Assembly: GCA_037379345.1 (NCBI GenBank) | Contig: CM074512.1 | Location: 19,344,001 to 19,408,000 of the forward strand | From: Perna viridis | Lineage: Eukaryota | Reading direction: 5' to 3' | Length of the DNA: 64,000 bases | Shown: positions 23,101-36,100 of the stretch, piece after piece | How positions within the stretch are numbered: the first letter of the stretch is position 1 | How the letters are laid out: every line of letters starts with the position of its first letter | Notes under the pieces: generated by a model | The model's database searches: none | Seen by the model: the letters and a program-made list of their open reading frames with translations, nothing else | Told to the model about the DNA's origin: nothing | Made by a program: the position numbers and the translations under genes

Positions 23101-25769
23101 TAATTTGACAATACTGTCATTTTAACAGGTCTTCACTTTGTAGAAACGGGTGTGTAATTTTAAAATATCACTGTTCATACAAATTGAGTTACCTCCCTGC
23201 AGTCTGCACATTTCCAGTAATTTAAACAATGCAGTGTTTTTCCCAAAACATTTTGTTTGCAATAGTTAAAAGAAATACTATTCCTTTCAAAAAGTGATGA
23301 TTTTGGAAATTCAGTATCCACATTCTTGAACATGGATCCAGAAATGGTAAAAAAATGTCGGTCATTGATCGACAAATTTTGCAAATGACCGATGACAATT
23401 TTCCAATATCTGACATAAAAAATTGCCAACCCTCATGAATTACAGCCTGCGTGGTTTATTAGTGTATAAACATCCTGTCTACCAGTCTCCTAATTGTTTA
23501 TAAGAAATTAATTAACAGGTGTGTGTCAATTTTAGCCGATGTGCAGCCACCTGTGACTGTGATTTACCTTAACTGATTAGTTGATTGCATATTTATTAAT
23601 TAAGAAAAAAGATTGACAAGTCCACCATTTTTCCGCTGATCTTTCAGAGGTATCGAAAACACATGGAACTGAAACAGTCGTACATATAGTTTGTAATTAT
23701 TAATTCGTCGATTGAACCATTTCAACACAGACGTCAACAGACCATTTAAATCAATATACAAAATGTGTACGTGATTTTCTTTTATAAATAATCGACACTT
23801 TTTTTTCCATCACTCAGAAGTTTTCAGCTGTTTGCCTTTGTGATGAAAAAGTCTGAGAGATACGATGTTTTGTTTATATTTTAGAGCGTCCACATGTGGT
23901 CAAAACTGAATACGTTCACTCGCTCTGATACTTTGTTAAAGACAGGGTATTGATAAAATAACACACTTTCCAATATTTATCTTAAATAACTACATACAAA
24001 TGTTTTTGTAAGTTTATTTTCGATCTGAGCATGTAAAAGACTAACAAAAATGTCAGCTGAAGTTTGATAAAATGTCTGGCATGGGCTATCAAAATTTCCG
24101 GACCCTTGTTCTTGAATATTTGCTATATTTCCTCGAATACTGCACCTCATGGTATGCATTAAATGAAAAGTAAGAGTTGCCCAAGTTTCCCACAATCTGT
24201 ATTCAAGAATCTGTACAATATCAAGTTGTTACATAATCCACTTTAGACTTATTCAGGCCTCATTATACTTGCTGAACTGTCACGGAAATTATCAAAAGTT
24301 GGCAGACATGTGACTTACTCAAATTAAGTTTTAGTTCAAATAGAAAGGTTTTTAAGCTTAAATTCAGATGTCTTTGATTTTTTAAATTGTATAACAATTT
24401 TTAAATAAATCAGTGTGCCCTAAAAATCAAACATTGAGACAAAAAGAGGCCTTTAGATAAAAAATTCACATGCCCTTTTCTAATCCTAGATTTAACACTG
24501 ACTACATACTTTAATAGCCAAGTTAGGGTCTAATTGATGGGGGATCTGTGGATCATGATAAAGGACTAAACAATACATTAATATAAAAACTCAAACAACA
24601 TGTACCACAATGTTAATCTTCAGAATGGAGAACTATCAAATAAGATTAATGATTCTTGATTCATATTTACGTAATCACCATTCTACATCGCACAAACCAT
24701 TAATTATTGTACCCTACATTCATACCAACAATCTGTTATTGTTATACAATTTAAAAATATTCAAGAATGTTGATACTGAATTTCCAAAATCATCACTATT
24801 TTAAAAAATCTGCTTACACACCTGCTTCTACAAATTGAAGACCTGTTAAAATGACAGTATTGTCAAATTAATTGTGGAGTAGAATTTAATCTTTAGAAAA
24901 TGATTGGTGTCCATAAAATAGTGGTAGATCCAGTCAGTTTTTTATTTTGAATTCAAGATAGATAATTACATGTTCATTTTTGAATTGTAAACATTGGAAG
25001 CAGACAAGTTTGTGTCATTATTTCTGTTATGTTTAGTATTGGTTTCTGAGGAGTAAATTGCATACATGTATCATGAATATTTTATACTAGGCATAAAAAA
25101 TGAACTAATTTGGTTAATATTCTAATTAACATTTTTTCACAGGCTTTTAGAAAAAAACACATGTATCAATATCTTGATATTTTTTCTGTTTTATCAAATC
25201 AATGGGTAAAGAAAGACAACTCAGGCTTACATGAAAATTGAACACGCATATCTCATTTTAACACATCTACATGCATGTGATCTTATGGAATACACACCGG
25301 AACAGGCGGAACACGTTACAATATATACGTGAAAGGTTTAAATATATATTAAAATAAAATTTACGTGAAAATTGAGTTGGATGAGATTGTTTAAACATCG
25401 GACTAGTTCAATGAGATAATCTTGTGTTGTTGCACAGTGACATTGACGTTGTTCCCAATCTAACCGCCAAGTTATATACTCTCGATCTACGATATTCCTA
25501 CACTTCACAATCAATTTTGCACAATGTACATTTTTAATGCAACAATGAAATTAAATTGACACATAACTGGTATTCACAAACTTGTAAAATGCCGGTCGGC
25601 TATGCGGAAGATGTATCATGGACAAGCAATTTTTTACCTTTACAAAGTCAATAGGCGTCGTTGTTCCTTCTATATCAACTATAAGTGCTTTGACGCCTTC
25701 TAAAAGTGAGTCTGCTTCTTCTGCAGTCCTTTTTAAGTTACATGAATCCTGTTGCACTTGGTTTTCCAT
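13860..25769 (-). CDS. ENOPH1: Enolase-phosphatase E1 (acireductone synthase, methionine salvage; HAD family), 6 coding exons, 317 aa
   Basis: join(complement 25638-25769, 20733-20834, 17328-17524, 16472-16604, 15016-15139, 13860-14125) = 954 nt, all GT-AG and in phase. Motifs: [69 protein letters not shown], AA..AG....VVREGN. Confidence 0.96.
14397..14621 (-). repeat. Solo copy of the Penelope-like 3' tail in ENOPH1 intron 5
   Basis: Reverse complement aligns end to end with about 9572-9797. Confidence 0.88.
15016..15139 (-). CDS. ENOPH1: ENOPH1 exon 5
   Basis: [41 protein letters not shown], 124 nt, AG/GT. Confidence 0.95.
16472..16604 (-). CDS. ENOPH1: ENOPH1 exon 4
   Basis: LFEDVGP...[26 protein letters not shown], 133 nt, AG/GT. 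Confidence 0.95.
17328..17524 (-). CDS. ENOPH1: ENOPH1 exon 3
   Basis: AKKDVEE...[27 protein letters not shown]..KA, 197 nt, AG/GT. Confidence 0.95.
19385..19523. mobile_element. Palindromic insertion with 8-bp direct repeats
   Basis: Arms AAATAAATCGCAAAAACTCCATTTCATCATTGTTT and AAACAATGATAAAATGGAGTTTTTGTGATTTATTT; ACTCTAAT at 19377-19384 and 19524-19531. Confidence 0.7.
20733..20834 (-). CDS. ENOPH1: ENOPH1 exon 2
   Basis: TTTTACAG|ETLIPFVKENVEDYL...DIQALREL|GTAAGT, 102 nt. Confidence 0.93.
21430..22260 (-). pseudogene. Possible heavily decayed hAT transposase fragment
   Basis: Broken minus-strand frames give IDPLRFSVNGI...DSNF and KRGNQN, loosely like the hAT DUF4371/ZnF-TTF regions. Weak. 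Confidence 0.25.
22642..24500. mobile_element. Non-autonomous DNA transposon with 14-bp TIRs and 5-bp direct repeats (hAT5-like)
   Basis: CAGAGTTAAATCTA (22642) and TAGATTTAACACTG (ends 24500); ACTAC at 22637-22641 and 24501-24505. Confidence 0.6.
23331..24108 (+). mobile_element. hAT-type non-autonomous element, copy 1 (nested)
   Basis: TIRs CATGGATCCAGAAAT and ATTTCCGGACCCTTG; 8-bp TSD TTCTTGAA (23323-23330, 24109-24116); collinear with 30596-32250. Confidence 0.85.
24756..24937 (-). repeat. Inverted partial copy of 23034-23330, retaining the empty hAT target site
   Basis: Reverse complement matches 23034-23157 and 23290-23330 plus 24117-24120, with a single TTCTTGAA. Confidence 0.85.
25638..25769 (-). 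CDS. ENOPH1: ENOPH1 exon 1
   Basis: MENQ...[17 protein letters not shown] then GTAAAA donor; HAD motif I (DxEGT). Confidence 0.93.
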
Positions 25770-26554
25770 GATAAATGCGTATCCGAAATCAGCAAGCGAC
25801 GCTATCCACGGACAAAGAAGAAATTATTACAGGTGCGTTAAACTAAGACGGTAGGTGGCGTTGCATGCTGTTATAATATTCACTAACACCCCTTGTAAAA
25901 TTGTAGGTACGTTCAACTCTATTGAAATTATGGTTTTGAGATATGATGTGAAGCAGAAAAAAAAGAAGTTTTTTTCCTATGTCATTTATTGAAAAGATAG
26001 GCATTTATTGAGCGTTCGCGATAAAGATAAAATATACTATAGACAGTTTATTAGAAAAAAAAGCAGACGATGATTGACATCAATCTTTGGAGATCAACCA
26101 ATCAAATATCTTGTTATATCGTCTCTCGGAAGTTTCCTGACCACCATATTATTCTGAAGGCTCAGGTGGGGACTCACATTCACGACTGACACGTATCCAA
26201 TATTCTAACAATTTTTGTTTCCGAAAAGATATTCAGGTACTATTTTACAACATTCAATTGATATAATTCATATTGTCTCATTTTGGCGATTGTTAATATG
26301 TTGTTTTCCCGTCTTTGCATCATTCAGATAAGTTTCGGTAAAAATTCTGCCGACGTGGACTTCACTGATAATGTACTCTTTTTGCCGGCAGTGAAAGTCA
26401 AACGAAATTTGTGTTACTTTGCATTGTAGAGACTACTGACTCTACTCCATTATTTATATGCAATCTTTGCTGTAAGACACATTCTTTTTCAGAGAGGGGC
26501 GTGGTGAAATAAACTTTTTTAGAGGTGTGTCTGGTCGAATTGGCTTAAAGAACC
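25770..26554. promoter_or_regulatory. Shared bidirectional promoter and 5' UTRs of ENOPH1 and the RRBP1-like gene
   Basis: Divergent ATGs at 25769 and 26555; locally CpG-rich; CCAAT at 26098-26102; ETS-type CGGAAGT at 26127-26133. A probable non-coding RRBP1 exon ends at donor CAG|GTAC (26236), with acceptor TTTTTCAG ending at 26492. Confidence 0.65.
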
Positions 26555-27197
26555 ATGGACCCCCAGGTCATCCTTATAGGCATTGCTGCCTTTGTTGTGT
26601 CTGCAGTACTAATCTACCTTATATCAGCTATTGGTTTTAAGGAACAGTCATATGAAGAAGCTATTGCTGAACAAAAGAAGCGGCGTGAAGCAGAACAAGA
26701 AAAAGCAAGAAAAGATAAGAAGGCAGAAAAGGAAAAGAAAAAAGGAAACAAGAAAGGAAAAGATAAGAGTAAAGAAAAAGGACAACCAACTGTTGAAACA
26801 GATATAAGTGAAAGGAAAATGGTCAACTTAGAAATTGAACCAGAAATTATAGAACCTCAGACAAATAGCGACCAAGAAAACAAACTCAAATCTAAATCTA
26901 AGAAAAATCTCAAACCTATTTTGACAAACAAAGATGAAAAACCCAAGGTTGCACCTCATTTACAGGAAGCTATCCATTTTAAAGCTACTCCAAAAGATGA
27001 GCTAGAATTACTTCATGAGCATGAAAAGGAAAAGAAAACTCATCAACAAAGCAAAGCAAAGAAAGAAGACAAGGTTAAGACCGAAAACAAGGAATTGAAA
27101 AAGATACCACCTGTGGTTGAGGAAATGGTTGTTGTTCAGACCCAAAAAACCCATGCAGTTGCCCCTACACCAGATAGGAAAGCTAAAAAGAATCATG
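26555..27197 (+). CDS. RRBP1: RRBP1-like coding exon 1 (TM + Lys-rich)
   Basis: MDPQVILIGIAAFVVSAVLIYLISAIGFKEQSYEEAIAEQKKRR...KKNH, phase-1 donor GTATAT. Confidence 0.92.
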
Positions 27198-30100
27198 GTA
27201 TATAATTTAATAGGAGTCAGTTCTAAAGTTACGTTGTATGTCTTTTCAAAATTAGAACTTAATGCTATTGTTTGTTTTTGTCTAAGCAGTATTCTTCAAC
27301 AGTTATTTATTCTATACATTGTACCTCAAATCTAATCTCAATTTGTCCAGGAAGAAAGGAAAACCTAAATTTCATGTATTTGTTAAGACATTACTCAAAA
27401 CAGGTAAAGTAATACAAGTTTTTTTCAAAATGTATATGTATGCATCAGTTGCTGAAATGTTTTTTTATTTCATGCCTCAATTGGGGACTACCGTATTTTG
27501 GTGTGTATTATGCACACATTTTTACATAGAAATTATTTCCAGAACATGGGTGTGCGCATTTTGCATCAATATATAAAAAAAGGGCCACGAAGTAAAAGAT
27601 TTTGGTATGAGAAAAGACATTGCTTAATGTAAACAAACAAACCGGAAGTGAAATCTTACTGAAAGAAATTTTATCTAATTATCAAATACAATGTACATCT
27701 TTAAGTATTGAATTTTTAGTGATATTGTCTTGAAATCATGTTCAAATGTCTTAATAACATGTTTCAAACAAAGGATGTACAATTTTTACTTCTAATATAA
27801 CATGGCTAGAGATTAAAATGAAACAACTAAAAACTAAAAAGTAACAAAGTGCTTTTTTGTCAAACCCTTCAGCCGAAAATGATTATTTGGATACTTATTT
27901 TGATTGTTTCTTACAATTTTTTTTTCTTATAAGTATGTTTTTAATTGAAAAATTGGGAAATTTGACTTGCAGATTTCCCGACTTTTGATTTTGTTTTATC
28001 AGCCATTTCATACATCCTGTGTCAATTTTATCAAGCTTTGAAATTAAAATTATTCAATTTATGTAGCAACTGATCTTTACATGATGTTTTAGTCTGCATA
28101 TAAGTCTCTTTCCTTCTCATTTTCGTAGGAAATACTGAATCAAGGTAAACAAATCGACAGATCAAGTGCAAAATATCGATTTTTTGTCTTACAAAATTTT
28201 ACTGCGTTCTAAGTCTTTAAAATTTTTTTCACACGTTTAGACCTTCAAAATTGCAGTTTGCACAACACATAAATGTATATTATCCGCACCAAAATAGGGT
28301 ACATGTATAATACGAAAACTAAAATAAAGTCCCTGCTTTAACCTATATCTATACAAATTAAGTTTAGACATGACAACAACTGGTACATTGTAGGAAACAT
28401 TACTATACATGTAGTTTGATGTACTATTATACATCATGATATTTTATTTTGGTAGGTTCATTTGATGTGCACTTCCCTGTGGTTATCCAATGAAAGTATT
28501 TTACAGTTCTTATTATATTATCAGTGTTCAATTTGGCAGAGGGGGAGACTATTGGAAGTACGGGGTCATTAGACAAAATAACATCTATTCACAATATAAT
28601 AACCTGTATCAGAAAAGGTTTTTACAACAAACAAAAAAAAATTGGTGGCAATCAAAGATGATTTAAATGGTAGTAATAAATAAATGGATAACAATCTGAA
28701 ATTTTGAAGAAAAATGGTTATTTTGAGATTGAAACATCCAGCAGTTAAGTTATTCTTTTTTATTTGCACAGAGATCCACACAATAATTATCTTCTGGCAG
28801 CAACTTTTTAACTTGGCTATTTAAAGCCTTTGAAGTTCAAATTTGCACATTGCCGTTTACAGGCATTTGTATCTTATCAATAGCCAGTGACATAGGACTC
28901 AAATATGAATTCATATTTGATAGTCTCCAACCATGAATGAAAACAAGTGCCAGTCATGGCTATACCCCTGACAAAACTTGCTGACACATAGGATGAATAA
29001 ATTTCCAACACCATTCAGATTTCATTCATACTGTCAATACTTCTTTCAGGGTTCTTTTCAATATTTATGACATTAACTCGTTTCACCCTCATGATTCTTT
29101 AATATGAAGATGATTTCTGTTTTCTCTTGCAACTTTACTTAAAGTGTTTGATTGACTTTGAAGCAAAGAAAACAGAAAAATGAAGTGTCTTCAAGTGTGA
29201 TATTGACTCAGACTTAGGGCTTTTCTAAAATCATGTGCATTTCAGAACCAATATCTGGGTTTTGTAAAACAGACAATATCAAAAGGTGAAAATTCAATGC
29301 ACCCAATTAAATCCAGGTTACCATTTCCATAGCCATAATGAAAAAAAATCGAGGAAATCCCACATTGGCACACTCTAGATTGAACACTGTGTTGTGTACA
29401 TTGCATTGTTTACAAAATTGTTTCATAGGACATAAATCACAACATTATGATTTTTATATCAGGTTCTGATGATGCTAGGCAATTAATAACATCTATCCAG
29501 AATGCTGCCTTGAATGACAGAGAAATACAAACTTTGATAGAAACACTATTGAATAGACAGAGTGGGGCTGAGCAGTCTTCAAGCATTGAATCATGGAATA
29601 AGGTAATATTAGTAATACTACAGTATTGTTATGGTGTAGTTTACCAAAAATTAGTGACTGTTTCATTCAAGTTTTGTGAAACAATTAAAAAAAATTTTCT
29701 TTGGACTGTTTTTCTCAGTAATGTAATTCCCCAAAAAACTACTAGATAGAGTACTAATGTAAAAAAAAGTGGTGTTCCCACTAGACTTTTGAAAGGGTTC
29801 AGTATATTTTGAAAAATGTTCAAAACAATCAACATAACAACCTTACATTGTTAGGTAAATCAAACTAGCCCTATGTCATGTATGTATTTTACATGTGGTT
29901 CATATGAATACATTTAATAAAAAGAAACAGTTTTAAACTTTAGAATCATGTTGAGCTGCTAATTGCCTGTTAAAAGTATACTGTCTAGGCCTTTTTAGTT
30001 TTGCATTTTTCTTTGCTGTCATTACTTTTAGCTCTCATGCAGTTCAAAAGAGGTTAATGATGCATATCAAAGTCAACAAAACAAAGTCATCATGCATAGA

Positions 30101-33100
30101 TAATTGAAACTTCAATAAAAAATGAGTTCTTTGCATTAAGTAAGGTACATGTACATGTATCAGTATAATGGAAAATGAATCCAGAATTGAAATATGTAGG
30201 TCTGGCATGCATGATTTCAAATTGAAAGTCATAGGAATTGTTTGAAGTGAGGTACATTGTAGTAAAACAAAAAAATGTATTTACATGTAGAATGAGTTAT
30301 TGGAGAGTAATGCCAAGTAAAAACGTCAAAATCTGAATGATTCTAGGTGTCATTTTTATAATAAGATAAAAGATGTAGCTACACAAGCATGTCATAGTAG
30401 GGATGAGTTCGACTTATTGGCTGCAGCCTCCTGAATTAAAGAGTTGATTAATTTACCTGCCTAAAGTCAGGAATTTAGGTTTATTTCTAATATTCTGTTT
30501 GTAGAAAGGACAGAAGGGAGATCCTATTGCGCTATTAAGGAAGCAGTTGGAAGAAAAAGAGAAAGCTTTGCAGGAAGGTAATGCTCTGTCTTAATCAAGG
30601 GTCCGAAAATGGTCAAAAATGCTGGTCATTGACCGATAAATTTTGCAAATGACCATTTTCCAGTATCGGACATAAAAAAAATTGTCAACCCGTATAAATT
30701 ACAGTATGCATGGTTGTATTAGTGTATAAACATCATAGTCTACATCTACCAGTATCCAAATTGTTTATTGGAAATTAATTGACAGGTGTGTGTCAATTTT
30801 AGCCGATGTGCAGTCACCTGTGACTGTGATTTACCTGTAACTTATAAGTTGATTGCATGATTGAATTAACGGTACACGTGCATCCCCATTGCATGTACAA
30901 ATTAATTGAAGTAACTGGGAGAATTTTCATACATTTATTAGTTGATTAACTAAGAAAAAAGATTGACAAGTCCACCATTTTCCGGCGATCTTTCAGAGGT
31001 AACGAAAGCACATGGCACTGACACTACGAATCAGTCATAGTTTGTAATTATTAATTCATCGATTGAATGGTTTTAACACAGTAGTCAGTAGACCATTTAA
31101 ATAAATATACAAAATGTGTATGTGATTTTCTTTCATATTTAATCAACATTTTTTTCATCACTCGGTAGTTTTCGGCTGTTTGCCTATGTGATGAAAAAGT
31201 CCGAGAGATACGATGTTTTGTTTACGTGTTGGAACGTCCGTGTGTGGTCAAAACCAGATATTTTGTAAAAGACAGTGTGTGATGAAATAACACTATTTCC
31301 AATATTTATCTTAAAGGGAAAGACCACCTTTGCATTAAGTTAGGCTCTGATGATAAATCATACCCACGTAAACAAAAATGAATAACCTTTAATGCAGAAT
31401 GGGCTTTTATAAAATGCTTAGGTCTACTCAAAGTTCAAAATTCGTGAAATATAAGTGAATAGCCGTCTTGCAGAACTCTCCTATCTGAGGGAAGATCATA
31501 ATCAGACTTTATTGATTTTTACTGATAGCTTCCGATTGGTTCGTGACGTCACTAAGTCATTTTGTTACTGATACAAGTACTGCAAATAATATGTAAACAA
31601 AGAATATTCCGTAAATATTTCTACGATCCTGTTTAATCACCAAATCATGATGATTTGTGTAGCTTACGGTTGCATGATAAATGAGAAATGTTCTAAAAGT
31701 TTTTTTTACCAGCAACACAAACATTCTTCAGAAGTAGCCATAAGATTTTCCGTAGACAAATACTGGTCATCTGGCTGCAAATCCTGTTGTTCGTCAATGA
31801 TGTCTGACATTTGCTTATATGTTGTGCTTCAATCTCTTCTTCTGTTTATTTTGGATTGAAATTATAGGGGAAAAGTCCCAAATTTGCGATTTCTTCGGAC
31901 ATCGTAATCAATATACCTTTTTACTTTCACTTTACAAACTGACTTCATGATGAGTTCAACCAGTCATGGTGGCACCCATAGGTGCGGGAATTCAAATTTC
32001 CTAATTATAAATCTCGATTAGTTAAGAAAAGGTAATTATTTTGTTTCAATTTAATTTTCATGAATATTTAACAGATTAGTTTTGATATTTATGACTTGCA
32101 CAATAACATAGTCTTCTCCTTTAAAATAACTATTTAAAAACATTTTTTAAATTTATTTTCGATCTGAGCCTGTAAAAGACTGACATAAACATCTCTTGAA
32201 AATTATTTGATGAGATGTCTGGCATGGGCTGTCCAAAAATCCGGACCCTGGTCTTAATTATTGTTATCTTTTCACCAATGAAGTAAGAAAAGGGATATAG
32301 AAACAATAATACTTTCCATGTTCTCCTGTACTACCATTATTACCAACCTTCTAAATATTTTTATCAGTCTTTGGACATAATGTACATTGTACTTAGTCAT
32401 GAGTAAAATTCAGAACCTAATTGATTTTCAGGGGCTTATGGGCAAGTTTCTTTAGGGTTTTGAATGTCCTTGTTCATTAAGAATTATTGTGCTGGAAACT
32501 CCAACACAACATTTAAATCTGTTTTAGTCTTGAATAAAGAGACCTTAAAAATATGCGCTTCCTGTAATATGTCAAAAAAAATTTATAAGCAAATCCAGAA
32601 ACTCAGTTTTATATAACATGTTTCCCGGGTGGCCACTATTATTAGAATTTCATTTTATCCATCTGATGTATTATGTCTATGTTTTACATTGATTAATTGT
32701 AGTTTAAAATCCTACCACTGTTCTTTAATGCAAGACAAGAATGTTTTATCAGTTAAACAACCCTGACTTGTAGTAGTCCCAACATACTGAGTCAGATTTT
32801 TAACTAAGAATGATAGAACATCAGTCAGCGTAAGTTGGGTGAAGAACATCATTCTGCATTTAGTCTTGGACATTTGTTGCAAAAAATTGATTAACATACT
32901 TGCTTGTAACCAAATATTTAAGAGATTAGATAGAAATAGGAAAATTTGTCCACATGGTTAAAAAACTGAACTAGCCTTGAATATAGTTTACTTGCCCTGG
33001 CTGTGATTTGTTGAATAGATTAATACATTTAAAATCAGGTGGCCCTGGAGGCAAGACTGACTTGTATGCATAAAATTTGCTTGCCATGGGCCAGTGGAAG

Positions 33101-36100
33101 AGTGCTTATTTGGACTCCTGCCTATTAGAAATAAGGTTAAAATAATGGGTCAAAAATGAACATTTTTATTTGACTGCAAAAAAATTGTGCCCATATGATA
33201 TCCATGCTGTTGCCGTCCAGTGTTCATAGACATTTTGATTTCCAGGCTATAATTTGAGTATAAGTGCATGGATTATTTTGAAATTATATACCACAAGGTA
33301 CCATACCACAAAAGGATGGCTTGGACTTATTAGGGGTTTTCACTTGAACCATTTAGGAATTAGGTGCCAGAAACAAACATTTTCTTTATGACATTGTACC
33401 ACAAGTTACTATGCCACAAAAAGAAAACTTGCATTGATTTTTTGGTTGTTACTTGAATCAATTAGGATTTAGAGTTGAAAATGGGGTTAGGCATAAGCAT
33501 TTTCATGATAACCTGAACAATAATTTGACTTCAAGTGAATGGATAATTGTACCATGAAGTGCGATACCTCCCAAGGAAAACTAGGATATTTGAGGTTGTA
33601 ACTTCAACCATTTTTGAATTAGGGGCTACTTTGATTCTAGTAAAATTCGTTTCCTGTGTCAAATATTTCATTGGAATCAAAATTCAGAAATGTATCAAGC
33701 TTGAATGGTCAGGGTATGACCATAACATTTTATGAACCTTATCCTATCAAGCAAGTTGATGACAAATTGAAATCTAGGTTGTCCTTTAGTAAGTGAATGC
33801 CCTCCAGGCATGTATAATTTAACTTCCACTTGTCCCGGGCAGTAGGACAACCTTTAACATCATACCCCGATGGTGTGTCCTTACTTGCCCCAAATGTTAA
33901 TTTTACCCACAAACTACTTCTAAACTTTAAATTTTAAACACAACACTTACTTCATTCAGAGCAGCAGTTGGCTATGTCCAGTAACAACAAATATAAGGAG
34001 CTGAAGCAAGAGGTTCAAAAGGATAAAGCCAGGTGTGTTGCATTAGAAAAGCAGTGCCAAGAAAAAGTTTTAGCAAAAGAGCAGGAATTCCAAGCTTTAC
34101 AGCTGAGAATGCAAACAGCTATAAATGAGAACCTGGCTGACAGAAGTGCTATGCAAACAAGAATTCAGCAGTTGGAGCGTCAACTTGGGGATCAGAGTAG
34201 ATATACACAGCTTATTGAGGTAAATATCAGATTGATAGTCAAATGCCTTTTTTTTTTTTACCTCTAACAAAGAAGGATGTTCTAGGATTCAAATGATGTA
34301 AGTGTGCCAAATTTCGATATAACATATACACTTACAGTGAAATCCAACCTATCTAAAACAAATAATTTTAGCTAAAATAGGTGAAAAATTGAAATACATG
34401 TATGAAGTAACGACTTCAAAATCATATTTTAAGACTGAACTCAAAAGAGATGTGTTTAATAGCACATGTATATTGCATTCTTTACTTGTATGAATTCTCT
34501 GTAATTACACTCCCAATATATTGATTGATTTTAAATTTGGTATATGGTTTGTACAGATCGGTTATATGTTAGCAAATTTGGTCCATGCTCTGTATCAACT
34601 TTCTACCTTGTTGTACATTTTTCGCTTTACTTGTGTATAGTGATAGGGAAATTTTTTGCCTCAAAAATTTTTGCTGTCCTTGGACAGATTGGAAATGTTT
34701 TGCCACTGAAATGGATAGATTGATTACAAATGTGGTATGTGCCTTTATGTAAATTGGGGTATGTTGTTAGCAATTTGGATTGCTGTGAAATCAACTTCTT
34801 GTTTCTTCACTGTATGAGTGGGAATACACCCACCATGAAAGCTCATGTAATTTCATGTTTTGTGATATTTTTTTGCTACTGATGATTGGAATCATTTCTT
34901 ATAACAACTACTTACACATTTAAGTATAAAAATACAATTTTTTGTATAAGTAAATGTATGCATTATCGCTGCATTTTCACAACACATGATTATGTAGCCT
35001 AATGATTGAAGAGTCTACGAAAGCAAAATTGAAACTGAATACTTATTTTTATACTTTAAGTTCCCAAAAAATACATGGTTGATATGATTTTTTGAAAAAA
35101 TAAAAGGATGTTGATAATGTCGACTTAATTTCACCTATGCTTTATCCCCATTGACAATGTAAATAAAAAATAGCACAGCAAAGCACAGTGGGTATACTTG
35201 TACACCCTGGTGTAGTCTGTTTATGTTTGTAAATCTTCAATACAAAATTCTTAAAAATTCAATTGTCAAAATAATTTTCTATTGTAGATTCTTTTTTACT
35301 CTACAGTACATGAAAACTCGGGGAAATACTTTCCAAATTTATTTCAGTCTTCTCAGTTAAGCAGTAGTTTGAAGCCCAAGGCTTGTCAAAATGGAGATGG
35401 GCCTGTAAAATTAACTACTACAGGCCAATAGTCACTATATAAAAAATTCTGAAAAATGTATTTTGGGCCTGTGAACAGGAAAGTTAGTTATGAAGACTGT
35501 TATTTCTCAACAAAAAAGAAATATTCCTATTAGGCTTTTTGTTATTTTAATTTTGTATATTTCTATTTTTTTTTGTATGGTTACAAAAACAATATAAGTA
35601 TTTGAAGAGCTGTTTGAATATTTAGATCGATAACCTAGTCATTTGACATCAACTTAAACTAATACAGAAATATGTATCTATACAATGTACTGTCATCACA
35701 AAATAACAAGCTTTACATCTTCAAATTTCTTGAAGTGACCTAGTATTGTTATGTAGACTGGCCACATGAACTTTTTAATTACATCAAATATTCAATAACT
35801 GTTCAAATATTCAAACAGACAAAATTAAATTAGAATTTTTAGACCAATAACAGTGAGTGACGGTCTGTGACTTTCCCTTACAGGGACTTGAGGTTTCAAC
35901 TTAGTACATCATTGTCCGTCATCATTTAGGCAAATCAGTTTTCCACGCTTTTTTAGTCATGTTTGTAGATGTACATTTGATATTTGGTACAATGCCTTTC
36001 CATGGCAAGATTAAGGTCAAATTTGTTCCATTTGGTTGATTTTTTTGCTGAGTTGTGACTTTTGGACATTGACACAAAAGTCACTTTTCAACACTTTTTT

